Positions 14,721-34,070 of a stretch of 64,000 nucleotides of DNA are shown here, piece after piece (positions within the stretch are counted from its first letter, which is position 1; each line of letters opens with the position of its first letter). The DNA lies in the NCBI RefSeq assembly GCF_009914755.1, contig NC_060925.1. One strand, given 5' to 3'. The stretch is from the human T2T-CHM13v2.0 reference genome, Homo sapiens. The notes under the pieces are model-generated. The model did no database searches and was not told where the DNA came from. It saw only the letters and a list, made by a program, of their open reading frames with translations. Both the position numbers and the translations under genes were made by a program.

Positions 14721-15414
14721 AATATCTTACAGTAACTGTTAGCGAAACCAAGGCCCAAGAAAGTGCATAGCCAGTGAATATCAAAGGGATCTTCCTCTGC
14801 CTTCATTGCAGTTTAGAAACACAATTATTGTGGCATTTCAGACACTACGTTGTAATACATCATATTGTTAATACTTGTTTACAATCTTTCTGTCCTGAGG
14901 CTCTAAGCTTCTTAAGGTTAACAGCCAAACTACTGAATTATTTGTGTATGCCTAGCATGGAGCCTCATATACACAAGTGCATAATAGATGTTTGAAGAGT
15001 AAAACTCTTGACATCATAGCCAGTGCTTCTTCCACATGGAGCACTTGGCATGAAAATATGAAAACATCACTCAGGTTTGCCTGACAGCCACCCATTTCCA
15101 TCACTCCCCTTGAGAGCACCAAAGCCAAGTGATGAGCAGGTATAACAGGCAGATGATGGCTTGCACTTTGCTTTAAAATTTGTATCAGTTTGCCATTATC
15201 AGAATGCATTCTTACCTCCCAAAGCCTGCATTAAAATACCAATAATGAATATTTAGAATATAAAAGTGGCCATAAAAGTTGATGCCTATTATGATACTGT
15301 CTTTAATGGTCTCACTAGTCAGAAGTCAAGCATGATAATTTGCTTCGATGTCTCTTTTAATGTTACCCATTGTTTTAACCTGGATCACACTTTATTCTTC
15401 CACACAGATCCGTA

Positions 15415-15483
15415 ATGCCTCCTGCCTGCCTCTTTCAAGATGGAGGTGAAACCTGTGGGAGAACCTACTCAAGAGGTGTCTAA
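15415..15483 (+). other. Out-of-frame uORF (22 aa, MPPACLFQDGGETCGRTYSRGV*) overlapping the RGL1 start codon
   Basis: ATG at 15415 (gtaATGc), 25 nt upstream of the main ATG; TAA at 15481-15483. Presence is seen in sequence; translation is unproven. Confidence 0.6.
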
Positions 15484-15571
15484 ATTCAAACTTTCCACCA
15501 AGGTAGAAAGCACGGGACACTGGCTGGTGGAAGATCATGTTCGAATATGGGAAGTTTTAAAGACAGAGGAG
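15440..15571 (+). CDS. RGL1: First coding segment (44 codons) of the RGL1 long N-terminal isoform: MEVKPVGEPTQEVSKFKLSTKVESTGHWLVEDHVRIWEVLKTEE
   Basis: ATG at 15440 in strong Kozak context (aagATGG). Open frame to a phase-0 donor GAG|gtaaga at 15571/15572. Peptide recognised from memory as the RGL1 long-isoform N-terminus. Too short to appear in the ORF track. Confidence 0.9.
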
Positions 15572-15995
15572 GTAAGATGACTCTAAATGACACAGTTGGT
15601 GAAATGTTGGATTTGTTTATACCTGAGACTATAATTCTTCGTGTAGCCAGCACCACAGGCCAGCTTGGCAAATCTTTATTCAGGGGCTGTAGGCACAGCC
15701 ATGACTGGAGAACAAGTAAGTCAGGAGCATGTCCTTTGCACATTAATGACTACACAGTGATTCAGGCCAAGGAGGCTGCACTGAAAGCCAGCGCTTAAAA
15801 AATGATGATCTAAGGCTCATATGCATATAATCTGCACTTTAGCCTCAGGTATCAGCAGTGTAGCTGTGGGTATCCCGCTAGCTACATTCTTTCTCAAGGC
15901 TGCCCTTCTGTGACTTCCCTCTCTCAAGCCTATTGTTGTTGAAGTTTCATTTGACTTATATAAAATGCTGATATTTGTGTGCATATTTGTGGGGG

Positions 15996-16051
15996 GTGTG
16001 TGTGTGAGAGAGAGAAAGAGAGAGAGGGGACGGGGAGAGAGAGAGAGAGAG
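15996..16051. repeat. (TG)n/(AG)n compound microsatellite
   Basis: gtgtgtgtgtgagagagagaaagag...gagagagagagagaga. Confidence 0.9.
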
Positions 16052-16289
16052 ATGCTATTATTCTTTCAATGGAAATTATAAATTAAAGCTTTTATTTTTA
16101 TTATGCGTTTGAGGTAAAATACATATTGGCAAGATATTGAAAACCATTTCCATATAGGCATGAAGAGGTATAAAAGGAAGATTGGAAAAGAGAATGGAGT
16201 TATTAACCAGATCATGGAAAGGCCTAATTTCCCTGAGCTTGGGTTGTGACCATCTTTTCAGCTCAGCAAATAAAATTAAAGCTAGACGT

Positions 16290-16644
<355 letters not shown>

Positions 16645-17670
16645 TAGCAAAGCAAGAACTTCGAAACAACTAAGATAGCATAGAAACGTAATAGGGAAAA
16701 CAGAGAACACTTTGTCAATGGTATTTTGGCTACCAGAAAGACCAGCAGCTGTTTTCTGAGAGGCTTACCTGGGTGATATTCATTATCTTGGGTAGTTGTC
16801 TAGGGTCTGGTCCTTAGCTTACATGCTTGGAAATTTTATTTTCTCATGTATCCAACAGAACTTTCTGGGGCAAACTCACATGAATTAAGTTTATGCAACT
16901 AATATATAAAAAGAAAATGGCAATTCCTTAATGGATAAAGACAAATAGAAGAGTTTTATCTTCTGGAATACTCAATTTAAAATGTTTAGCACACATTCTC
17001 CTTGTAGGCAAACCTAATGGGAAATCAAATAATGCTGAGAAAGTTGATTCCTAAGGATGGAATCATAAAAGTGGAAATATATAAATTCCTTGTTTGACAG
17101 CATGAGGCTAAGTATATTGGTATGGCTCTTTGGTTCCAAGTAACAGAAATTGACTAAATTAAGGAGAATGAGAAATTGCTGGAGGATGTTGAGAAGCTTA
17201 CAGAATTGGTGAGAAGTTTGGAGGACTAGGCTTGGAAATAAGACAGGAACCAAGTCAGTAGAAACTGCTCAGGGTGCCAATCCTGGCACAAATTCTAAAC
17301 TGGTCCCTTCCCCTCCATATTCTCATATTCTGCTCAGGATGCAAAGCTGTGGGAGAGAGGAGCTCATTGCCAAGTTTAGTTGCATGCCTTTCTTTTGGTT
17401 ATTCTGTGAAGAGAAAGAGGAATCTTCCATGGGAAATTATTATACCAACTCCTCACTACAGTTGTGTTTAAAATTCAAATTCCTAATATTGACACATTAT
17501 GACAATTCCAATCCAAGGAAGTAACCTAACAACTAGTTTTGAACATGTAAAATCCAGCAGAAGCAAATACAAGCCTTCTCTATAGGGATATACTTGCGCA
17601 ACAGACTTTTTTTTTTTTAAAGAAATAAACTCCACAGGTGGTAGATGAAGTCTTTGTGTATCTTACCTAA

Positions 17671-17834
17671 CAGGTCCAAGATAAGATGAGATGAGTGTTG
17701 TGCTGAGGGCACAAAATTTAAGGAAGCACTCACTCTTAGGTTTATGCCCTGTACTTGCACAAAATTGAGAGTGAGTGTATCCTTAAATTTTGCACCCTAG
17801 GCTTGATGCTTGTCTCACTCCAGTCCTGGCCCTG
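17671..17834. mobile_element. MER96-like palindromic hAT-Tip100 MITE
   Basis: cagg...ccctg termini. Arms agggcacaaaatttaaggaagcactcactct and agagtgagtgtatccttaaattttgcaccct are about 27/31 reverse-complementary. Confidence 0.75.
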
Positions 17835-19914
17835 TCATAAATCTGAATTTGGTGTTTATCATTTTTATGCATATTTCAGTATTTATAATACATGCATGTG
17901 GATCTATATATTCAATATACAGTATTGATTTACATCTTGTAAATTTTATATAAGCCTTGTACTGTACATCTACTTCTACAGCTTGTTTTTTTGTTTCTAT
18001 TTTTATGCTGACATATGTAGTTTCACTTTATTCATGTTTAACTGCTGTTTATATTATTTTAATATAGTCAAATTTATTTCTCCATTCTCTTGTTGATTAA
18101 CTTTTAGTTTTCTTTCAATACAATTGGCAGTATAATACATTTTTCCTCGTGAACATATGCTAGAGTTTTTTCTAGCATAGACACCTGGAAGTGGCATGCT
18201 GAGTTGTAAAGTATGAATACCTTTAGTTTTGCTAGATATTACTAGATCAGCTCTGAAATGAGGCCATGAGTTTGTATCTCTGTTAGCAGCATATGAAAGT
18301 TCACCCATTCTATATCCTCACCTGTTATTGGTATTGACAGACCTTTAAATATTGGCCAGTCTGTTTGTTTTGAAATGGGACCTTGTTGTAACACAAATTT
18401 CCCTGAATTCTTGTGGCATTGAGCATCTGTTCACATGGATATTGGCCATTTAGTTTTCTGTGAATTATCTGTTCTTATCCTTTGCTTGTTTCTTTTCATT
18501 GGGTCATTTGTCTTTCCTTGTTGATTTCTGGAAACTAATGTTTTGTTTACTAAACAATCCTTTTTATTGATTTCATGCACTAAAACAATATTTTCCCACT
18601 CCTAAATTTTTGTTTTAAATTTTAATTTGGTAAAATTTATCAGTCTTCTTTTCTCCTTATGGTTAGGTTTTTTCTGCTTTAAGAAATTATTTCTGACCTC
18701 ATGATGATAAAGATACTCTCCTGTGTTTCCTAAAAGTTCTAAAAGTTCTAAATGTTTGCTTTTATTTGCTTAGTATTTATTTCACAATCTGAAATAGGGA
18801 TATGTGTTTTTTCCATATGGATAATTAATTATCTAGTGTCACTTTTGAATGTTATTGTTTCTTCTTCAGTTTATAATGCTATTTTTCATGTATCATGTTT
18901 CTATAGATATCCTGTCTGTGGATATGATACTCATTTAACTATTCTAGCTCTAAAAAAAAGCCCCGAGTATCCAGTAGGGAATGTTTCTCTGCTGAGCTAT
19001 TGATCTTCAAGATTATCTTGGTTGTTTTTGGAAACTGCATTTTCCATATGGATTTAGGATGAGCTTGTTCAGTTCTGAAGATATGAAGAAAAATTAAGCA
19101 GAAACTTGTTGGGAATTTGATTTGGATTTCAGTAAATTTGTTGACTGATTTGGAGAGTATCAACATTTTTATATTCAATGGCTATCTTGTCTTCTTTTTG
19201 ACTTTAAAGGTTATGCTTTAATATTTCATCCTTAATGTCTCACCAATATTTGATCCCACATTCTTTTGCTGTAGGATTTTGATAACTAAGGCTAAAGAAG
19301 TTCCTTCAATTCATTTTTTTTTTTTGCTAAGTGCTGATTTTTTAACATTATAGTATTTGATACCTACAAAATAATACACATGCAAGTTATGGATTATAAT
19401 ATTGTGGAATCACAAATACTTGTGAGTCCACAACCAACTTAAGAAATAGTTTGTTGAGTCTATATGTGAACTGTTTCACCTACTATCTCTTTGATTTCTT
19501 TCCCTGCAAAGTTACCCATCTTCCTGAAAGTTGTGTTTAATCATCCTTTTGCTTTTTAAAAAGTCTTTACTGCATATGTGTATCCTCAAACAATACTGTT
19601 GAGTTATACACACACACACATGCACACACATATATACACCTACATATGTATGTATATATAAACACATATATATTTATATATATGGTGTCTTTGGTGACTC
19701 ACTTCTTTTACTCAACATTATGTTTATAAAATTTTTAAGATTCAGCCACAAAAATATATATAGTAGTACTTCATTAATTTTCACTATTGTACAATATGCC
19801 ATTGTGTGGTTATATCATGATTAATTATTCATCGTTATGTGGATGAACATTTAAGTTATTTATAGTTTTTTGCCATGATGAACAATGCTGATATGAACAT
19901 AGTATACATGTATT
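17835..19914 (-). mobile_element. Ancient L1M (L1ME-like) fragments; continue after the L1PA insertion (about 25293-25500 and 26020-27650)
   Basis: Decayed antisense ORF2/3' motifs; ORF track 18939..19178 gives MNIKMLILSKSVNKFTEIQIKFP, which is L1 ORF2-like. Confidence 0.7.
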
Positions 19915-25292
<5,378 letters not shown>

Positions 25293-25511
25293 ACATACTA
25301 TACATATCTTATTTTTGCCCATATGTAAGAGTTTTTCCAGGTTAATAGCTATTAGATGAATTTTGAGTTGATATGTGCAAGTTCTCTTCTTCAAGTTATT
25401 GCCAAACTGTTTTCCAAAATGGTGGTACCAATTTATGCTCTCATCCACAGTGCATAAGAGTTTCCCCTATTCCCTATCCTTGTCAATTCTTGGAATTGTC
25501 AGATTTCTTAA

Positions 25512-25802
<291 letters not shown>

Positions 25803-25943
25803 CAGATTTCTTAATTTTTTAAATCTAGATGATATAAAATAGAATCTCATTCTTTGCTCATCAATTCTTTATGCATCTCAGCTCGAGAACACTTTTTTTT
25901 TTTCCTTTGTACTTATTATTCTGAGGGTCTAACAGTAACACAT

Positions 25944-25946
25944 CTC

Positions 25947-26002
<56 letters not shown>
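25944..26002. repeat. (TC)n microsatellite
   Basis: Long ctctctct run. Confidence 0.95.
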
Positions 26003-26004
<2 letters not shown>

Positions 26005-26681
26005 CTTTCCTCTCTTTGGCCTTAAGATGTCTTTATTTTGTGTGCTTCTCAGAGTGATAGTTTAGATGACTATAGAATTATAGTTCTTTGAGTACATTGG
26101 AAATTTTCCATTGTCCTCTGCCTTCCATTGCACTGGAAGGGGAGCTAGCATAAAGTTTAACTTGTATTATTTTGAATGTAACATCTTTTCTCTATAACTG
26201 TTTAGATCATCTCTACATTTTTTGCTGTCCTGAAGTTTCATTCTTCTGTTTTTCCATGTGGGTTTCCTTTTATTTAACATTTTGGGGTACGAGGGCTTCT
26301 CAAATAGATGAATTGATGTCTTTCATCCGTCTGGAAATATCTCCAATTTTTTTCTTTTGAAATTTTACCTCATTCTCCTTTTGTAACTCTAGCAAGATTT
26401 ATGTTTGCTTCTCTCACTCTCTGCTTATGTCCCTTAACCTCTCTTTTAGAGTTACTATCTTTTTCCTCTCTGAGTTGCATTCTTATTAATCTTAGGTCTG
26501 CCTTCCAATTCCGTAATTCTCTCTTCAGCTTTAATCTGTCCTTTAACTCAATCATTGATTTTTAAATTTCACTTATTGTATTATTTACTTCTAGAAGTTT
26601 TGTTTTGTTCTTTAAAAATCTTCTAGTCATTTTTTCAATGTCTTGCTTCCTATTTATATTTTTATTTTTTCAAGACATATT

Positions 26682-27106
26682 TGTCAAGAACTGTGAAGGC
26701 TATGAGATTTTAATTTTTTAAAATCCACAGTTTTGTGGATGTTGAAAGAAGACATGAGACTCTTGGCTAAGAGCAAAAGACTTTATTACTCACAGCAAGA
26801 GCAGCAGCCAGAGTGTCAACATGTTTGTTTTGGTTTTCTATGTTCCAATTCCTAGAAATGGGCCTAGATAGATACCTGCACAGGAAGGGAACATTGACCT
26901 TGGGAAACTTGCCATTTTATAGTAGGTAATAAACAAGCTGGCATTTTGTTTAAGGGGGAAGTATTAGCTCATCTCTCAAGTTTTCTTGCTACAAGCCCAA
27001 TCCTGAAAAATAATCTGGGTAAAGATCAGCCAGGGCCTTGAATTTTTGGCATATATAGCAAGACATGTAGGAACAAGAGAGATCCATGGAGTAGTGTTGC
27101 CTAACA
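26682..27106 (-). mobile_element. LTR40-like ERVL solo LTR
   Basis: tgtcaagaactgtgaagg...gactttattactcacagcaa...ccatggagtagtgttgcctaaca with TG...CA ends. Confidence 0.65.
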
Positions 27107-27661
27107 ATATTAAATATAGTGATTTTGTATTCTGAGTGTGGTAATTCTAAAAACTGTGGGTCTCAGTGTACTATCTGTTGTTTCTTTTGGCTCTTGAACA
27201 TGGTGTTTTGTTTCTTTGTGAGTTTTGTGATTTTTGACAGTGGGTTCATTTTTTTTTTTTTCTTGGAAAGAAGGAAATTTTCTCCAGAGAGAATTTGCAT
27301 TTGTTTCTGGGAGCACTACCAACGGGAAACTACTTGAAAATAAATTCTTATCTTGATGTTTTTCAGACCACTTAATGTGTCTACAGGCTAGAAATCTACA
27401 GATGGGCGTGCTTGTGGTAGTAAATTCTAAGGAGAAAATGACTCCCCCTCTCTACCCCTCCTCAGCATCATATATAAAGATAGTCAACTTTCCTTGTATT
27501 GTCACAGAAGATATAGTATTACTAGCTCACCTTGATGCTGAGGGAATCACATTTTAGGGTCTCAGTTTTATGCAGTGGGGATTTCCTGTTAGATTCTCTC
27601 CCATAAGCTAACCTTGGGCTTTGTATATTGTTCCCTACTTGCTTTAAGGTAACAAGTCCTA

Positions 27662-28115
27662 TGTTGGTTAGAGTAACATTAATGCTGTAACAAATACAGT
27701 ATAAAATTTAAGTAGCTTAACATAATAAAAGTTTATTTCTCAATCATATAATAGTCCAATTTAGGTGTTTCTGGTGGGAGTGCCCCTTTTCTCCATGTGA
27801 TAATTTAGGGACCAAGGCTACTTTCTTCTTGAAGCTCCACCATCCTCTGGGACCTGGGAATCTTTTGTATTCACCTGGCAATTCACAAAAAAAGAGGTTG
27901 AAGAAGACACACCCAATTCTTAACTCTCTTTGACCAGACATGCATTGTATTAGTTTACCTTCTATGACTGAGAATTAGTCCTGTTGTTCCATACAGATGT
28001 GAGGGATGTGTGATGGGGAGATGTAATCTCTGGCTGAGCTGCTACTTACCAGTGATGACTCAATACTATGGAAAGTGAAATACAAATTGAATTTTGGTGG
28101 GCAGTTAAGTGTCAC
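27662..28115 (-). mobile_element. Old MLT1 (MaLR) LTR
   Basis: gctgtaacaaat...agcttaacataataaaagtttatttctc motif. Confidence 0.6.
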
Positions 28116-28839
28116 AGAAAACAAAGTTTAAATTTACCTGGTTTGGCCAATGACGTCTGAATGGAAGCTGACTTCAATGCCTATCTGTGGGTTCTGCTTT
28201 CATTTACCTTTTGGCTTTTAAGAGTTCTTAATTTTTTGCCAGCCTGTCATGTATTAAAAAAGATATTTTAGTTTTATTTTATCAAGTTTTTGTTTGTTTG
28301 TTTGTTTGTTTGTTTTAGTTATTTGTAGTGGGAGAGTGAACTAGGGTATTTAGTCCACTGTACTGCTGGAACTGAGTCCTACACACTCCTGTGAGTTATT
28401 TAGAAATGTGATCTTAAAAGTTGAAAGTCTATTTTTTTAAACTTACCTTTTGAAAATTACTTCACTTGGTCAGAAAGTGGCATCTAGATAATGTTGAATT
28501 TCTATTTTTTGGCCATATTTAGTTAATTTTTTGGCCATATTTAGTTAAGTACCTGCTTGCACATGAATATTCGTAACTGACATCTTGTAATCATTTAAAA
28601 GTTTTATGTAGTCACAAATCAGTTTGTCAAGTATATTTAAAATGAAAATATTATTTTCATTTTCAATGTAGTGATTAACTGTAACTATTCTATGCCTTTA
28701 AAATTCAAATATTTAAAATTTAAACGATAAATAATACCTATATGTAGTAGAAAATAATGAAATCTTTATTAAAGAGTTAAGTATGACAAATATCTTCATA
28801 TAATTTCAGTACCTTTTTAAAAAAAAAGAGCAAGGAAGC

Positions 28840-28997
28840 AATGGGAGAATTGGACATGTTTTGTGGTGATGTGTTCAATTTTTTGATTGGTGATTACATG
28901 GGTGTACGTATTTGTCAAAACTCATTCAACTATACATTTAAAATGGACATATTTTATTATATGTAAATGATACCTCAACAAAGTTGATCTTAAAAAA
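28840..28997 (+). mobile_element. L1M 3' tail fragment
   Basis: ggtgattacatgggtgtacgtatttgtcaaaactcat...tacctcaacaaagttgat. Confidence 0.7.
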
Positions 28998-29170
28998 CGG
29001 ACAATGGGATGAGGGAATAGAATTAAATAAATAAATCAGTCATTGCCATACAGTGTGCTGTAATAAGTGTCCACAGGTATTTCGAGAGCTTAGAGCATGT
29101 AATCCAGCATGAGTATGGGCACTCATAGGTGTGCATGTCAAGGAAAGGAAGCTTCTCACTGAGCTGATAG

Positions 29171-29483
<313 letters not shown>

Positions 29484-30954
29484 TGAGTTCATTTTTTTTT
29501 TTTTTCTTTGAGATGGAGTCTTGCTCTGTCGTCCAGGCTGGAGTGCAACTTTGACCTCCCTGGTTCGCTTAAAGGAAAGGTAGAAACTAGCCTGGCAAAT
29601 GGAATTTTTGAAGGGGAATTGGATCAAATATTTCTGGATCAGGGAAAACTGTAAAGGGGAGTGTTAGAGAGAATGTCCTACCATTTAGAGCATCTGTAGC
29701 AGAAGAGGAATGGCAAGAGATGAAGCCAAGAGGAAACAAATAATGAAAGTCTTCACGTCTCTTACTTAGAAACTTAGGAAGTATCCTGTGGGCACTGTGC
29801 AGTCAATGAAAGGTTTTTGGCAGGCTAGTGACGTGTTCAGATTTGTTTTTAGAAATGCTAGTCTGTCAGACATGTTTAGGATGGCCGAAAATACTTCAAA
29901 ACCTCTCTAGCCCAGATTGCTGTCTCTCTTCTCTGTCCACACTATGCTAGCCAGTGCTCAAGTAGTGATTATTTGGGGTTGTTCCTTTTTTCATGATAGT
30001 AATTCTTCCTCTCCAACTAGACTGTCTGTCCTTGAGACCAGGCCTCTTAGTCTTCTTCTTTTTAAAAAATTTATATTCCCATATTGATAGGTCACCCCCT
30101 TAGTCTTAATTCTACTTCACTTATGACTCCCAAAGCACTGGTACTACTAGACACAGGTTGAAATAAATATTTGATGATTGACTGATGAATTATTTTCATT
30201 ATTTAATGGTAATACCCTGTTTCTCTAAATTGTAACATCAAGCAGAATGTTGTCATCTTTGGGTACTAAGGTGATTCATTTGACTCACCATTGGATAACA
30301 CTTAGTTGGGTGGTTTGTTTTTTTTTTTTTTTTGTATTGCTGATTGAATTTGCACGGAGTCATCCACTATGCACTGGACTTATCTATGTTCAATGTTTTA
30401 CAAGAATACCACAACGATATGCAATGTTCTCTATGGCTATCGAACAGAGATGTTCTCTACGTGAAATTAAACTGGTGAATGTCTGTATGGAGACTGGACA
30501 TATGACCTCTTCTCTATCCAGCTCAGGAATGGGGCTTCACATTGTAAAATCACATTCTTGGAGGAGGGAATAGTAAGTGTTCATCATGCATGCTTTGGAG
30601 ATTAAATCATACACATCTGAGAGACAGGAAGAGAGAAGTTTTTAAAAACTGGATGGCAATTTAGGCAAGCAGTGGGAGTGTATTGTATTAAACTGTGAAA
30701 AGCCAGCTATTTGCTGAATTGTGGTTTGATGACAGAGCTAGGGTCCTTCTTTATGATTCTGAATGAATTTCTATTTCACTCTGCCACAAATTTTCATATG
30801 AGGCAAAGGGATAGAAATTTACTTTCTAGGAAGTTATTAATATATAAAAATGCTTTGATATATGAATCTCTGAGATGGGTAAAATAGACATATCAGTAGT
30901 GAGAAATGGAATATTGAGACTGAATAATATTCTGTTGGGTTTACAAGAAAAAGA

Positions 30955-31150
30955 AAATATCATTTATTGAGCATCTATTCTGTGTCAGGAACTGCACTTG
31001 GTGCTTTCATATTTATTAATATATTTGTCACAGCCATAGGTACATTTTCATTTTACTCATAAGGATTATGAAGATTAGAGGTTAAGGCACATGCTCAAAT
31101 ATACATAGCTGTTTGGTGGCAGAGTAAGATTGAAATTCATTTGTCTCTCA
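30955..31150 (-). mobile_element. MIR SINE
   Basis: catttattgagcatctattctgtgtcagg...agaggttaaggcacatgctca. Confidence 0.65.
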
Positions 31151-31403
31151 TTTGTCTTTGTTCTATAATCTCCTCATGAAGCAAACTACCAAAATTGTTA
31201 AATCACTCTAATTTTACATTTAGTTTTCTTGTCCAGACCATAACCATTCCTGGCCAGGGCATCAACTTCAGCTCAATAACTGGTACCAATCTTGCTCTGT
31301 TAGACCTTGGCTCTGCAATGCCCATGTGAACAAATACCAGTGTGCCCATTGAGTCATAATCTTCTTCCATTCCTCAAAGTGCTGGCTCAGTTGGTGTGGC
31401 TAG

Positions 31404-32105
<702 letters not shown>

Positions 32106-32377
32106 GGACCCAGTTTCTCAGAGAGACTGTACCTATTTAAATGGTGCCCTTAACTCCATCCTATTTAAATAGAACTTAGAACTCTGTTAGGCTCCATGTA
32201 GCTCTGTCTTCTGCATAATTGAGCTCTGTTCCACTTACCCCAAGCTATTAATTGGGGTCTAATTGTAAACAGTCTGTTTGGAACCTGGCTATTTTTACCC
32301 AATCCCTGAACTCCTGTTGCTTTCTTGGATATGAAAGCTTGCCAGAATCACATCAGAGTTTTCCTATGCCCTTGTTT

Positions 32378-32902
32378 TGTGTTCCTTCTGAGCTTGGTTA
32401 GTCACGTGCAGCCATAAGAGATACAAGAGAGGCTCAGGAAAAAACAAAGGTTATTACACTTGCAGGTCCTAGAGAGAGGAGATATTCTGCATGGGAAGAC
32501 ACGATTGTGGTCATGAGGCAGAAGACAAGAGTGAGTGGGAAGCTTAGATTACTTCTGTATTGGGGTTTTTGAGGAAAAGGCATGCCACGGCAGGGAGAAT
32601 GTTTGGGATTGGTTAGTTTGAACACTTTTGGTGGGTTTTGTGCTATAGGAGTAGTTTCTAGTTGCCTAGTACCTGGCCCTGGGATGATTAAGGCAGATAA
32701 ATACTGTCTCCTGAAGTATCCAGGCCAAACAGAGGAGATAAGGCTTTTGCTTGGTTAATTTGCACATCAAAGGTATGCTCTCTGACTTTTGTTATCTTTA
32801 AGAATTAGCTAGCCCAGGGAAGGCAGTCTCTCCCAGTTGTAAAGTTTTTAAAGACATCAAAACATCATAATATACAGAAAATTAAAAAATATTTACAATA
32901 CA
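32378..32902 (-). mobile_element. MER74-like ERVL solo LTR
   Basis: Ends aagacatcaaaacatcataatatacagaaaattaaaaaatatttacaataca, the antisense of the MER74/MER54-group start. Confidence 0.6.
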
Positions 32903-33749
32903 GTCCTTGGGACACATCTTACCAAACAGCCTGCTACTACCATGGGACACATACCTCTAGTCAGGGAAGTCTCTCCAGCTCCAGTTTGTCAACTGTCTTA
33001 TTCTTTTCCATTGGCCCGTGTTGCCAGTCTCAAGATTCCTTGTGATTAAGACCACCTGAATATGACATGATGCATTTAATAAGTTTCTTAGTCTAAACTA
33101 AAGGTGGATACTGAGGATATTAAAGCTTTCATTATGGTTAAATTTCACTGTTGGTATTAGAATGTGCTCAAGTATCACCTCTTCCAGGAAGACATCCTTG
33201 ATTTTTCTGGTCAGGGTTAGTGACCCTCCTGTGTGGTACTGTAATATCTCTGCATATCTATCTTATAAGACTCATCACATTAATGGTACACACATACCTC
33301 GTGGATACCTGGTTTGTTTCCAGACCACCTCAGTAAAGCAAATATTGCAATAAAGTAAGTCACATAAATTTTTTTTTGTTTTCCCAGTGCATATAAAAGT
33401 GATGTCTACATTATACTGTAGGCTATTAAGTGTGCAAGAGCATTATATCTAAAAAGTACATATCTTAATTTAAAAATACTGTATTTCTAAAAAATGCTAA
33501 TGATCATTTGAGCCTTCAGCAAGTCATAATCTTTTTGCTGGCAGAGGGTCTTGCCTCAATGTTGATGGCTGCTGGCTGATCAGAGTGGTTGGCTGCTGAA
33601 GGTTGCAGTGGCTGTGTTTCTTAAAATAAGACATTAATGAAGTTTGTCATATCCATTGACTCTTCTTTTCTTGAAAGATTTCTCTGTAGCATGCAATGTT
33701 GTTTGATAGCATTTTACTCACAGTAGAACTTCTTTCAAAACCAAAGTCA

Positions 33750-33866
33750 GGCTGAGCATGGTGGCTCCCACCAGTCATCCCAGCGCTGTGGGAGGCTGAG
33801 GTAGGAGGATTGCTTGAGGCCAGGAATTTGAGACTAGCCTGGGCCATATAGCAAGATCCAGTCTCT

Positions 33867-33901
<35 letters not shown>

Positions 33902-34070
33902 GGTGTGGTGGTGTGTGCATGTAGTCCCAGCTACTCAGGAGGCTGAGGTGAGAGGCTTGCATGAACCTCAGCAATCCTCACTCAGGAGGCTGTAGTGAGG
34001 TATGATTGCACCACTGCACTCCAGCCTGAGCAAGAGAGCAAGACCCTATCTTTAAAAAACAAACAAAAAA
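33750..34070 (+). mobile_element. AluJ nested in Tigger1, with an expanded central A tract
   Basis: Dimer with a pure A run of about 29 nt at about 33869-33897. Confidence 0.88.

Larger units (their letters stand above)
15408..15571 (+). other. RGL1: Internal exon of RGL1 (164 nt: 32 nt 5'UTR plus 132 nt CDS)
   Basis: Acceptor tttattcttccacacag|ATC (AG 15406-15407), branch-point-like tttaac about 30 nt upstream, consensus donor GAG|gtaaga. Confidence 0.88.

Noticed and set aside
15547-15798. ORFs overlapping the RGL1 exon in the supplied track (15547-15798 + and 15486-15743 -)
   Set aside because: They are in the wrong frame or strand and run into the intron; the real frame starts at 15440 and is spliced at 15571.
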